A DNA stretch of 64,000 nt from a bacterium (GCA_030674455.1 JAUSGQ010000020.1:13461-77460), one strand, 5' to 3'; positions 47,828 to 57,261 are shown, numbered from the stretch's first letter. A program made the numbers and translations. The notes: generated by a model from the sequence alone, not told the origin.

Positions 47828-48925
47828 ATGCATCTAACAACTACCAAGGAACAAATTCTTTCAGCATCGGTAATAGCAGAACGGATAGTCGGGAAAAAAG
47901 AATCTCTTCCGATATTATCCTGTATTTTTTTAGATGCCGGTAGCGGTTTATCAGTCCAATCAACCAATTTAGAAGCTGGTGTTGATATAGCGGTTGCCGC
48001 AGAGATTAAGGAGAAGGGGGTAATTGCGATTCCGGCCACAATATTTTCACAAACGATCAAATCCATTAACAGCGACAGAGTTGTGCTGAAAACAGAATCG
48101 GAAAACTTAGTTGTCGAATCACGCGGCGCGAGAACCTTGATAAAGGCGATCCCCCATGAGGAATTTCCAAAACTATCATGGGATAACGGTAAAAAAGGTA
48201 TTGCAGTTCAGCGATTAACGCTCATAAAAGGTATTCAATCAGTCTTGTATTCCGCTTCCCACTCAATGATACGGCCAGAACTTGGAAGTGTTTACATATC
48301 AATAAAAGGAGGGCAGATTACGTTTGCGGCCACGGATTCATTCCGTCTCGCGGAAAGGTCTATAAAAGGACATTCGTCGTCCGAGGAGGGTGAATTTCTC
48401 ATTCCATCGAAGCATGCCGCGGAACTTGTGTATGTTTTGGAACGCGGCGCCAGTGAAAACGTAAAAATACAAGCATCCGACGCACAGCTTGTTGTTGTAG
48501 CGGACGGAACGCGATTCGCCGCGCGCGTTGTCGAGGGAGTATTTCCCAACTACACCGAGATTATTCCAAAGCAATTCACTACAGAGGCGACACTGCTCAA
48601 GAATGACTTTGCGGAGATGTTGCGGAAGGCGCGCGTGTTTTCCGGAAACGACCAGCATGTGGGGCTTCACGTGTATCCAAAAAAGAAAATTTTTTCCGCT
48701 ACTGCGCAGAGCCCAGATGTAGGAGAAACATCAGATTCTATTGATGCGGCCGTATCCGGAGAGGACATAGATATAAATTTCCACATCGGCTATCTTGCGG
48801 ACTGTATTCCGTCGATTGATTCCGACAGCATCACGCTTGGTTTCTCCGGCCCGAGCAAACCACTTGTCATTCGAGGAGCATCCGACATCGGCTTCACGTA
48901 TCTTGTGATGCCACTGAATAGGTGA
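47828..48925 (+). CDS. dnaN: DNA polymerase III beta clamp
   Basis: LPILSC, STNLE, AATDSFRLAE, GVFPNY, YLVMPL. Confidence 0.95.
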   Translation: MHLTTTKEQILSASVIAERIVGKKESLPILSCIFLDAGSGLSVQSTNLEAGVDIAVAAEIKEKGVIAIPATIFSQTIKSINSDRVVLKTESENLVVESRGARTLIKAIPHEEFPKLSWDNGKKGIAVQRLTLIKGIQSVLYSASHSMIRPELGSVYISIKGGQITFAATDSFRLAERSIKGHSSSEEGEFLIPSKHAAELVYVLERGASENVKIQASDAQLVVVADGTRFAARVVEGVFPNYTEIIPKQFTTEATLLKNDFAEMLRKARVFSGNDQHVGLHVYPKKKIFSATAQSPDVGETSDSIDAAVSGEDIDINFHIGYLADCIPSIDSDSITLGFSGPSKPLVIRGASDIGFTYLVMPLNR

Positions 48926-49027
48926 AAGGTGTCAGACAAATAGGTGTCAGGTTCCAGCTGTCAGGTGTCAGGAGTATCCGAACCACAAGTATTTTCCTGT
49001 AACCTGTAACCTAAAACCTGTAACCTG
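48920..49027. repeat. Empty inverted 7-mer array pair (AGGTGTC/AGGTTCC family)
   Basis: aggtgtc aggttcc agctgtc aggtgtc agg / cctgtaa cctgtaa cctaaaa cctgtaa cctg. Confidence 0.75.
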
Positions 49028-49030
49028 ATT

Positions 49031-51469
49031 TCATTGAATCGTAAACGAAACTGTTTGTTCCGCGTTACCGAGAGAGCTTTCTGCAACGGCGCGCAATACT
49101 GCGGGTCCGTGCGTCGTCGGCATAAAAGAAACGGAATACGGAGGCGTTGTGGCGCTTCCTATAAACTGGCCATTCAGGTAGTAAGCGACACGCGATACGC
49201 TTTCGGGACGAGGGTGCATTGAGGAAATAGGAAATGAGGCGAACCCCGAGACACTAATGCCATTTTGCGGGCTCAAAATTACGAATTGACCCGGGGCTCC
49301 CGCGGCTGGAGTTGGCGCGGGCGCAGATGATACCTCCTCTGCAAATGGGGCAGGATTGGCGCTTGCCCACACCTGCACTGGATATTCCCAGCGTGCGAAT
49401 TGCGGGTCGGCGTATGGGTTTGAGGGCGGGCCGGAGCGCGGGTCGCCTTTGTTTATCCAATAGAGGATGTCGTGTATGCCCTGCGCGGGATTGCTGTTCC
49501 AGCTTCCCCGCAAAACCGGCGGCAAAGAATCAAGGTCTGTGTCGGGAGAAGGAGGTGGAAACTCCACAGACTGATATTTAGTGAGAGCGTATGCAAAAAC
49601 TTCATGCCACATGGGCGCAACGATAAATGCCGCTATCTTTTTTACCATCGGACTATTGTCATTGTTGCCGGCCCACGCGCCCATCGCAATTCCGGGCGTG
49701 TAGCCGATTATCCATGCGTCATGGAAATCATTCGTGGTGCCTGTTTTATCTGCTACCTGGAACCCTGGGAAGTAGAGGGGAGAGTTGGCGCCGAATTCCG
49801 GAGTCCGCGCGACGTTGTCGGAGAGGATATCGTTCATCTGGCGCGCGATTTGGCTGTCGATGACGCGCACGCTCTGTTCCGCATAACTCTCGAGGATGTT
49901 TCCCGCGCTGTCCTTTACTGTAAGTATCGGCGTCGGCGGATTGCGCACGCCGTCATTGGCGAATACGCCGTATGCGCCTGTCATCTCAAGAAGGCTTACC
50001 TCGCCGCCTCCCAATACGAGCGTTAATCCGTACTGGTCTTTGTCTCCCAGCGTTGTAATTCCCATGTCGCTTGCTGTTTTTAGGGAATCTGTTATTCCCG
50101 CGAGATAGAGAGTTTTAATTGACGGTACGTTTATTGATTGCGCAAGAGCATTGCGCAGCGTTATCGGCCCGCGGAACTTTTCGTCGTAGTTACCCGGCGA
50201 GTAGCAGGGAGCCTGGTTGTTCGTATAATCAGCCGGCTGGCAGAAGGTCGAGAACTGTGTCTGCAGGTCAAACACCACGGTGTCCGGCGTGTAGCCCTTT
50301 TTAAATGCGGTCGCGTATACAAACGGCTTGAAGGATGATCCCGGTTGGCGATTGGCGAGAGTGACATTCACCATACCGTCGATATTTGGGTCAAAATACC
50401 CGCGCGAGCCAACCATGGCGAGGATTTGTCCGGACTTCGGCTCTACCGCGACGAGACCCGCGTTCGAGGCATTGAAATTCTTTTCATTTTGAAGAGCGGT
50501 TTTGGAAACAACCTCTTCAGCTTTCTTTTGCAGGTCATAATCGAGCGTTGTTATGACCTGAAGACCGCCGCTTGCAACGGCATCAGCCCCGTACTTTTCT
50601 TCCAAGTATTCACGCACATAAAATACGAAATGGGGAGCCTTGATGCCTGCCTCTGCTTCATCCCTGAACGCTACCGTTTCATTTCTGGCACTCTCATATT
50701 CCGCGTCATCAATAAATCCGTTCTCTTTCATTTTTAGAAGCACGAGATTTTTCCGGCCTTCCAATTCGTCGCGGTGTCTGCCGTACGGAGAATAGCGCGT
50801 CGGAGCCTGGGGGAGCGCCGCCAGGTATGCGGCCTGCGCGAGGTCCACATCTTTCGCGTCGATGCCGAAGAAATATTGGCTCGCTTCCTCTACCCCATAA
50901 ATAGTCCCGCCGTACGAAGTTTCATTCAGATAGATATAGAGAATCTCATCTTTAGAATAAATGCGCTCAAGCCGTATTGCGAGAATGATTTCTTTCAGCT
51001 TGCGAATGATGGTTTTGTCCCGCGTAAGAAGCGCATTTTTTACGACTTGTTGCGTGATGGTGGAGCCGCCCTGCACGAAACCGCCGGAAAAGATATTTAC
51101 GAGCATGGCGCGCGCAAACGAAAGCGGGCGGAAACCGAAATGCTGGTAAAATGTGGCATCTTCGATGGCAATAGAGGCGTTCCTGATATTTACCGAGATG
51201 GCATCAAAGGGAACCGTGGTGCGGCGCATCGCGCCATGCACGTCGTAGAGGAGTATGTTTCCTGTACGGTCGTATATTTTTGTGGATTCATCCACTCTGC
51301 GGTTCTGAAAATTCTCCAGCGAGGGAATTGAGACAACGGCGCCCCACGCGGCCACGATGCCGACGATGAGCATGCTTAGGATAAAAATTGCCGCAAGCGA
51401 CATTTTGATTGCCTGAAAGAGATTGGCGCGTGAAAAATCTTTGCCGTAGCGGTTATATTTTGAGGACAT
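49031..51469 (-). CDS. Class A penicillin-binding protein (PBP1A) with C-terminal Ig-like domain
   Basis: EDATFYQH, GGSTITQQ, RKLKE, RQPGSSFKP, SIN, KTGT. Confidence 0.93.
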   Translation of the reverse strand: MSSKYNRYGKDFSRANLFQAIKMSLAAIFILSMLIVGIVAAWGAVVSIPSLENFQNRRVDESTKIYDRTGNILLYDVHGAMRRTTVPFDAISVNIRNASIAIEDATFYQHFGFRPLSFARAMLVNIFSGGFVQGGSTITQQVVKNALLTRDKTIIRKLKEIILAIRLERIYSKDEILYIYLNETSYGGTIYGVEEASQYFFGIDAKDVDLAQAAYLAALPQAPTRYSPYGRHRDELEGRKNLVLLKMKENGFIDDAEYESARNETVAFRDEAEAGIKAPHFVFYVREYLEEKYGADAVASGGLQVITTLDYDLQKKAEEVVSKTALQNEKNFNASNAGLVAVEPKSGQILAMVGSRGYFDPNIDGMVNVTLANRQPGSSFKPFVYATAFKKGYTPDTVVFDLQTQFSTFCQPADYTNNQAPCYSPGNYDEKFRGPITLRNALAQSINVPSIKTLYLAGITDSLKTASDMGITTLGDKDQYGLTLVLGGGEVSLLEMTGAYGVFANDGVRNPPTPILTVKDSAGNILESYAEQSVRVIDSQIARQMNDILSDNVARTPEFGANSPLYFPGFQVADKTGTTNDFHDAWIIGYTPGIAMGAWAGNNDNSPMVKKIAAFIVAPMWHEVFAYALTKYQSVEFPPPSPDTDLDSLPPVLRGSWNSNPAQGIHDILYWINKGDPRSGPPSNPYADPQFARWEYPVQVWASANPAPFAEEVSSAPAPTPAAGAPGQFVILSPQNGISVSGFASFPISSMHPRPESVSRVAYYLNGQFIGSATTPPYSVSFMPTTHGPAVLRAVAESSLGNAEQTVSFTIQ

Positions 51470-51484
51470 GTTGGGTGGATTGTA

Positions 51485-51617
51485 CCCGGTTAGCATACTT
51501 TGGCATAGTTTCTGCCGTCCTTCACCGCGCCTTCGTCTAAAAATCTTCTCCCGGTGCAATTCGAACGATTATATGTATAAAATCACAACCGAGGCGATGC
51601 CAAAGTGTTCTACCGGG
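51485..51617. mobile_element. MITE-like CCCGG element, copy E7 (133 bp)
   Basis: CCCGGTTAGCATACTTTGGCA...TGCCAAAGTGTTCTACCGGG, flanks TGTA/TGTA. Confidence 0.8.
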
Positions 51618-51687
51618 TGTACAAAAAACAGCCTGTTGCTAACAGCGGAAATTTGTGGCATCTTCAGGTATTCGTCCTCTTCGCTTC

Positions 51688-52713
51688 ATGGAAACAAAAC
51701 TCAAATACGGAGAAAATCCCCACCAAAAAGCGACCGCGAAGAGCCGCCCAACTACAGACCCCCTTGCCATAGGCAATTTCCAGCGTGAAGATGGCAGTCC
51801 ATTTGTGGGTGAAGGCACGAGCTGGATTTCTATAACCGACCTCGGACGCCTTCTGCAAGTTGTAGAAAGATTCGCCGCCGCTTATCGAAAGAATGTCGGC
51901 AGCGCGCTCCCCAATGTCGCCATTATCGTTAAGCATGGCAGCCCGTGTGGCGCTTCGTTCGGGGACGATACGGAAAAGGTGGCGGGCAATATGTGGCTTG
52001 GTGACCCCCAAGCGGCCTTCGGCGGAGCCATCGTTGTCTCGTTTCCGTTCACTTCAAGAATTGCGGATGCTCTCGCGAAGGCAAACGGCGGGAAGATTCC
52101 TTTCATCAGCGCGATTGCGGCTCCTTCTTTCGAAAAGGGCTTAACCGAGAAAATCGGCGCAAAAAGCAAGGGAACGCACTTCATATCGAACAAAGCGCTC
52201 GCGAAAATTCCTGCCGAAATTTCATCGCTGCCGGAAATTAAGTCGGTGCGCGACCATGTGCTTGAACAAACGGCCCCGCAATTCGTTCCGGACTTCGCAA
52301 ACATGGAATATCACGGCCCCACGTTCTCGGATGAGGATAAGAAACAAATTTTTGCAGACCTTTCGCTCGCATATGCCGTGTGTTCCGCGAGTACGAGCAA
52401 TACTGTTTCACTAGTGCGCGGCGGAATGTTGATTGGAAATGCGGTAGGCCAGCAGAAGCGAGTGGGAAGCGCGAAGCTTGCCCTAGGGCTCGCGCGTGGG
52501 AGCGGCCACGAGACGAAAGGCGCCGTAGCCGTCTCCGACAGCTACTTTCCATTTCCCGACGGCGTAGAGGCACTGGCAGAGGGAGGAGTGAGAGCGATTT
52601 TCTGCACTTCCGGCTCCGTGCGCGATGGGGCTGTGTTCGCACGAGCCAAGGAATTAAATGTCGGAATGTTTACTGTGCCGGATAAGGAGGGAAGAATGTT
52701 CGCGGGACACTAA
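51688..52713 (+). CDS. purH: AICAR transformylase domain protein (PurH C-terminal half only)
   Basis: LKYGENPHQ, VKHGSPCG, AFGG, GQQKRV, SDSYFPFPDG, GSVRD; no IMP cyclohydrolase domain. Confidence 0.8.
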   Translation: METKLKYGENPHQKATAKSRPTTDPLAIGNFQREDGSPFVGEGTSWISITDLGRLLQVVERFAAAYRKNVGSALPNVAIIVKHGSPCGASFGDDTEKVAGNMWLGDPQAAFGGAIVVSFPFTSRIADALAKANGGKIPFISAIAAPSFEKGLTEKIGAKSKGTHFISNKALAKIPAEISSLPEIKSVRDHVLEQTAPQFVPDFANMEYHGPTFSDEDKKQIFADLSLAYAVCSASTSNTVSLVRGGMLIGNAVGQQKRVGSAKLALGLARGSGHETKGAVAVSDSYFPFPDGVEALAEGGVRAIFCTSGSVRDGAVFARAKELNVGMFTVPDKEGRMFAGH

Positions 52714-52845
52714 ACCAGCGAAGCTGGAATTTGCAAACGCTAAATACCAATTTGCAAAGAAATCACAAGAATTAAAACCCAAACGAGATTCTGGAAATTG
52801 AGACTTGGAATTTTGTTTGCAAATTGCAAATTGGATTTTGCAAAT

Positions 52846-53322
52846 TTATCTTCTGTGTCTGGCCAAATGCGTAACGCCCACCGCTATCGCGTCGTACTCG
52901 TCGTCATATTTAATTTCTTTTTCGATTTTCACAAGCGCGTGCAGCATTTTGGCCACTTGTTGTTTGCCCGCACCGCCATGGCCTCCGGCGGCGCTTTTGA
53001 TTTCTCCCGGAGTGTATTCAAAAACCGGAATACCGAGACTCGTCGCCGCCTGTATGAGCGCTCCGCGCACTTCGGCGACGCGCATCACCGTCTTTTGATT
53101 TGTGCTGAAATAGAGTTTCTCCAACGCAACCGCCTCCGGTTTATAGATATTTGCCAGCCGCGTGCATTCATTGGCGACGATTCCAAGTCGCGCAGTAAAT
53201 TCAGTATCTTTTGACGTTTCTATGCACGCGGAATAAAGCAGTGTTTCTTTTTCCCCGCCAACGCGCTCAAGCACCGCGACTCCACATCTGCCGTAACCGG
53301 GGTCAATGGCAAGAACTTTCAT
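52846..53322 (-). CDS. ruvC: Holliday junction resolvase RuvC
   Basis: LAIDPG, EKLYF, YTPGEIK, DDEYDAIAVG. Confidence 0.93.
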   Translation of the reverse strand: MKVLAIDPGYGRCGVAVLERVGGEKETLLYSACIETSKDTEFTARLGIVANECTRLANIYKPEAVALEKLYFSTNQKTVMRVAEVRGALIQAATSLGIPVFEYTPGEIKSAAGGHGGAGKQQVAKMLHALVKIEKEIKYDDEYDAIAVGVTHLARHRR

Positions 53323-53402
53323 ACATGCAGTATAGCCCGACAATGTAGCGCTCAGAGTAAAAGACCCTTGACCCGATGTTCCATATCCCTATACTTAGTT
53401 AT

Positions 53403-53789
53403 ATGACTAAGTATTGGAATGCTGAACGGGTACAAAGGGTAAGGCAAAGAAAGGTCAAAGCAGCCGCGCACGAGGCCGAACGGGCAAAATCCTTGCGCGA
53501 ACAACAACGTACTTATACGCAAGGAGATTCCCAAAAAAATTCCAACCTAATGCTGGACGCCCTCGGTCTTCCGCTCCGACGGCAAATGGCCGCACGCCTG
53601 CGTGAAGGCGGGGCGATGTCACTTTCGAAGCTTGTAGAACCATTTAGCATCACATTGCCAACCGCGCTCGTGCATTTGGAGGCGCTTGAGCGAGCGGGGA
53701 TTGTCGTTACTCATAAACACGGACGTGTGCGCATGTGCGTATACAACAAAAAGGCTCTCGAAGAGCTTGCGGCTTGGCTTACCAAATAG
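53403..53789 (+). CDS. ArsR-family HTH regulator
   Basis: ALGLPLRRQMAARL...ITLPTALVHLEALERAGIV...HGRVR; TTGACC/TATACT promoter, ATG 7 nt after -10. Confidence 0.8.
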   Translation: MTKYWNAERVQRVRQRKVKAAAHEAERAKSLREQQRTYTQGDSQKNSNLMLDALGLPLRRQMAARLREGGAMSLSKLVEPFSITLPTALVHLEALERAGIVVTHKHGRVRMCVYNKKALEELAAWLTK

Positions 53790-53800
53790 GCGAAATATTA

Positions 53801-53838
53801 AATCCCGATACTTAGTTAATTAACTAAGTATCGGGATT
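53801..53838. repeat. 38-bp perfect palindrome, partner of 53386-53418
   Basis: AATCCCGATACTTAGTTAATTAACTAAGTATCGGGATT. Confidence 0.8.
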
Positions 53839-53865
53839 GATGGAAATTATATTTAGTTACTTCAG

Positions 53866-54396
53866 TTACTCTGCGTTGGTGAATACTTCCTCCACATCGT
53901 CGTGGTCGTCTATTACTCCGAGGACCCTCATGAGCTTTTCGCTGTCGGCTTCGGATAGTTTAACTTCCGTCTTTGGCGCGTAGCCGTCGGCAGTTTTTTC
54001 AAATGCCCACATGGCGCTGCCAGGTGAGGCGAGCGTAAGACCGATATCCCCCAGCAGGTGTTTAATTTCTTGCGATGTTCGATTGTGGCTGTCGGTAAGA
54101 GCGACAATTAAAATTGCGACGCCTCCCGGCCCGTAGGTTTCATATACGACAGTGTCCAGCGAGCCGGAATCGGCAGAAATACCTTTCGCGACAGCACGGT
54201 CAATGTTTTCTTTCGGCATGTTCGCTCCGCGCGCTTTCTCGATTACCGTCCTAAGCCCGGGCGAAGTGACATCGCCGTTTGCTTTCTTGGACTCAACGGA
54301 AATTCGCTTGGAGAGTTTGCCCCACACATTGCTTTTCACAGCATCTGCCGCGCCTTTGCGATGTTTTATTTGCGACCATTTATTGTGTCCGGACAT
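53866..54396 (-). CDS. yebC: YebC/PmpR-family protein (short form)
   Basis: MSGHNKWSQIKHRKG, YETYGPGGVA, DDHDDVEEVFTN. Confidence 0.92.
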   Translation of the reverse strand: MSGHNKWSQIKHRKGAADAVKSNVWGKLSKRISVESKKANGDVTSPGLRTVIEKARGANMPKENIDRAVAKGISADSGSLDTVVYETYGPGGVAILIVALTDSHNRTSQEIKHLLGDIGLTLASPGSAMWAFEKTADGYAPKTEVKLSEADSEKLMRVLGVIDDHDDVEEVFTNAE

Positions 54397-54601
54397 ATCT
54401 TAGAGTTTCTTAATGAGCGAAGCGAGTTTAGAAAGCTCTTAGACCCCGCCCCACTTTTCACGGTAATTTACCCTACAGCGATTGTATATCATGGTGATAG
54501 TCAATCAAGTTATTACACGCACCGAAAATAAAAAAAGTGATGTGGGGTGGATGAATTTATTAGGTTATAGGGAATAGTAAACAATGCAAAACTGCACGAC
54601 G

Positions 54602-54949
54602 TCAATGTTTCGTTCTGATGTCCTTAGGCAATGCCATCAATGCATTTTGGTTTGCGGCTATGCCGCATATTGTTTCAATTATTTTTTCATGGATAGTTTC
54701 GGCCTTTTCTCTAAGGCCGTTCATCCTTTCCGTTCCTTTATTCTCGAGTTGAAGAACGGTGTTCTTTACATGCTCCTCTTCTAAATCGTGTAGTTGTTTT
54801 TTCAACTTTGTCAGATTGTTTATATACGTTACCTCCCTTGAGTTTACGGGTGATCGCCATGTACTAGGATTTTCAAAATTGTGCATAGAAACAGAGTATA
54901 AACGCCAGATTATAGGGAATAGTGGAAAATGCAAAGTATTGTCGTTCAT
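54602..54949 (-). CDS. Hypothetical coiled-coil protein
   Basis: 115 aa ORF, start uncertain. Confidence 0.45.
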   Translation of the reverse strand: MNDNTLHFPLFPIIWRLYSVSMHNFENPSTWRSPVNSREVTYINNLTKLKKQLHDLEEEHVKNTVLQLENKGTERMNGLREKAETIHEKIIETICGIAANQNALMALPKDIRTKH

Positions 54950-55275
54950 TACTCGATTTTTTTATTAGCGAGTTTGGCAAGCTTTTTCTCACACTCTATT
55001 TTATTTATAAGAGTTTCTCTTATTTTCGATTGAAGCTTCTCAGCAGCATGTTGTTGCGACCGAAGTTCTCCCGCTTTCTCCTCAATCACTGTTAGCTCTG
55101 AAGTTTCTTGTGATTGCCTCTCGATATCAGCTTGAACTTTATTGTTTTCGAACAGAGCTTTTTGTAATAGAGACAAATCAACATCAAGCTGTCTTAGCTG
55201 AAGCTCAATCCTTAGTTCTTGGCGTTCCTGTAGATTTTTTTGTCTTTGTGATTTAGGAGGTTGTAGCTTGTCCAT
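54949..55275 (-). CDS. Hypothetical coiled-coil protein
   Basis: 108 aa, E/K/Q/L-rich; TATAAT 7 nt upstream on the minus strand. Confidence 0.6.
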   Translation of the reverse strand: MDKLQPPKSQRQKNLQERQELRIELQLRQLDVDLSLLQKALFENNKVQADIERQSQETSELTVIEEKAGELRSQQHAAEKLQSKIRETLINKIECEKKLAKLANKKIE

Positions 55276-55372
55276 ACCAGCAGATTATATGGAACATAGA
55301 GAAAATCAAAGGTGGCAAAGTAGACTGTTGAATAATTAAACGGGGCATGTGCGTGATCATGCCCCGTCGCTC

Positions 55373-55483
55373 CTACTCAACCCGTTTCCGTCCGCGGTAT
55401 ACCCACCACCAATAGTGGATATAACCAGCGATAACTGCGATTGAGCACAGAAGGAATCCGGGTCCCCTGATCTTTTTCATCAT
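55373..55483 (-). CDS. Small 1-TM peptide (36 aa)
   Basis: MMKKIRGPGFLLCSIAVIAGYIHYWWWVYRGRKRVE with GAGGAG SD and downstream hairpin 55340-55367. Confidence 0.5.
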   Translation of the reverse strand: MMKKIRGPGFLLCSIAVIAGYIHYWWWVYRGRKRVE

Positions 55484-55565
55484 TGTCTCCTCGTTAGGGT
55501 CAAACCTCCTTATACGCCATGCCTCTAATGCGGTCAATCAAAGCGAAAACATTACTCGCTCATAG

Positions 55566-56004
55566 TTATACACACCTATATCCACACCATATCCACGATT
55601 TTTTGGCTTTTTGCTCATTACGGATTCATAACGATTACTTTATAATCTTTCTTATCGATGTGCTTAACCGTGCGTCGGTCGCTTTCCAAGGAGGTTCGCA
55701 GAAATGCAAATCACACCGGATAGCAGTTCCTTGAATCTATAGATACGAAAGTATCTAAACATTGCAGGAACAGTTCGGCGAGAGGAGTGGGGTGGAATGC
55801 AGATGTGCGGGGAGATCGTATCAAGTTGCACGGAACATTCAATCGGTTCGTAACCGCCGAAGAAAAGCAAAAGACCTCCGCAAGAGAGGTCTTTTGTTTG
55901 CCCAAGTGAGACAAGACTCTTCACATTCTCGGTCTCACAAGGTTAACCGTGCGTATGTACCCGTATAGTACACGCCATTTGCGCGCAAGATGTTCTTATC
56001 CACA
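55566..56004. promoter_or_regulatory. DnaA-box cluster
   Basis: TTATACACA 55566, ATATCCACA 55578, ATATCCACG 55589, TTATCCACA 55996. Confidence 0.5.
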
Positions 56005-56086
56005 CATTTTGAATTCGGATAATTTTCTGTTTCAGAATTTTAAATCGAAAAAACAAAAAGGCCTGGTCCCTCGACAGGCCTTTCGG

Positions 56087-56311
56087 TCACATGGAATCCA
56101 GAAACATCGTACATCCGACACATCTATAGCGACGCCACTGTCCGAGCTTAGTTTGTAGCGTTACAATCGTACGCCGATGGCTCTGGCAAACCGGGCATGC
56201 TTCCGGTACCTCGATTTCTCCTTCGCGCAAGGAGGAGTACATGTAAAACGGAATCGTTACCATGACCATGGCCGCTAGAACAATTGCCGGAGGAATTAAA
56301 ACGATTACCAT
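56087..56311 (-). CDS. Small TM + Zn-ribbon protein
   Basis: N-terminal TM, CPVC...CVGC; AAGGAGG SD. Confidence 0.6.
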   Translation of the reverse strand: MVIVLIPPAIVLAAMVMVTIPFYMYSSLREGEIEVPEACPVCQSHRRTIVTLQTKLGQWRRYRCVGCTMFLDSM

Positions 56312-56541
56312 GGGAGCCTCCTTAAATCGGATGGCACGATTGCCCAGAGGACGCGCGGGACATCCCCTAGAAGCCGAGACATCTCAAAGCTGGTTACCCT
56401 TAACACCAGCCAGAGCAGAGTTGCAGCCACCCCTACGCGGACTCCATCAATTATCTCGAATCCGGAGAGATAAGCCAATGCCACACCAGTTGTAACGAAC
56501 GCGATGTAAATCGCGATTACTTCTCGTCCCGTGAGACTCAT
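56305..56541 (-). CDS. Small 2-TM membrane protein
   Basis: MSLTGREVIAIY...; AAAGGA SD. Confidence 0.55.
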   Translation of the reverse strand: MSLTGREVIAIYIAFVTTGVALAYLSGFEIIDGVRVGVAATLLWLVLRVTSFEMSRLLGDVPRVLWAIVPSDLRRLPW

Positions 56542-56680
56542 GATTTGTTCCTTTCCAAAATATGGGGAAAAAAGACCAAAAAAAGAGCAAGCGCTGAAAC
56601 GCCGCCCTTTCGGTCGCCTCAGCACTTGTAATTTATGTGAATTGAGATTAAGGGAGAGTGAAGGTATTAATAGGTATTTA

Positions 56681-56715
56681 AAAAAGCCTGGCGCGCGGGG
56701 CGGGCCAGGCTTTTT
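56681..56715 (-). terminator. Intrinsic terminator
   Basis: AAAAGCCTGGC...GCCAGGCTTTT after 56725..57261. Confidence 0.6.
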
Positions 56716-56724
56716 CTGTAGGTG

Positions 56725-57261
56725 CTATCCTTTCTCCCTTTGAGTTAGCGCCTTGATATACTCCCAAATGACTATTAGATAAATTACGCCAATCCAAAAC
56801 TTATCTTGCAATTGCTTTTTCGGATCAGTATGAGTATCAAGGTATTTACCTAGCACACGGCTCGATACAATAAAACAAAACCGCATGTAAGCCTCGGTCA
56901 TGTTCTTGAAAAACGGTGGAATTTGTTCAAGGATAGCTTGCGCATCCCTGTTTTCTTCCTTCGATAGCTTGAGCGTATCTAGGCGGTTGCGGATTTTTAA
57001 CACAAGCTCCTTCACTCCGGCTTGGTCTGGTCGACCCACAAAGGTTGAGGCACTGTCTGCCATCTCTTTTATTTCCGCCACCAGACTTCTTAGTGCAGAT
57101 GGCCTGAGAACGAGATATTTCCACATCCACCAAGCGGCCAAGAGTACCCCGACCACCAAACCAATGACCCACGGGATGTTGAAAATCGTCGCAGCCAGAC
57201 TGCAGGCCATGGTGGAAACAAGCAAAGCCGAGAAAACTTCTGCTACAATCCTTCTGTTCAT
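56725..57261 (-). CDS. Hypothetical membrane protein
   Basis: 178 aa, 2 N-terminal TMs; AAAGGA SD. Confidence 0.62.
   Translation of the reverse strand: MNRRIVAEVFSALLVSTMACSLAATIFNIPWVIGLVVGVLLAAWWMWKYLVLRPSALRSLVAEIKEMADSASTFVGRPDQAGVKELVLKIRNRLDTLKLSKEENRDAQAILEQIPPFFKNMTEAYMRFCFIVSSRVLGKYLDTHTDPKKQLQDKFWIGVIYLIVIWEYIKALTQREKG

Noticed and set aside
338-51617. The 133-bp elements as integron attC sites
   Set aside because: Ends do not follow 5'-RYYYAAC...GTTRRRY-3', they mostly precede housekeeping genes rather than follow cassettes, and no IntI is present.
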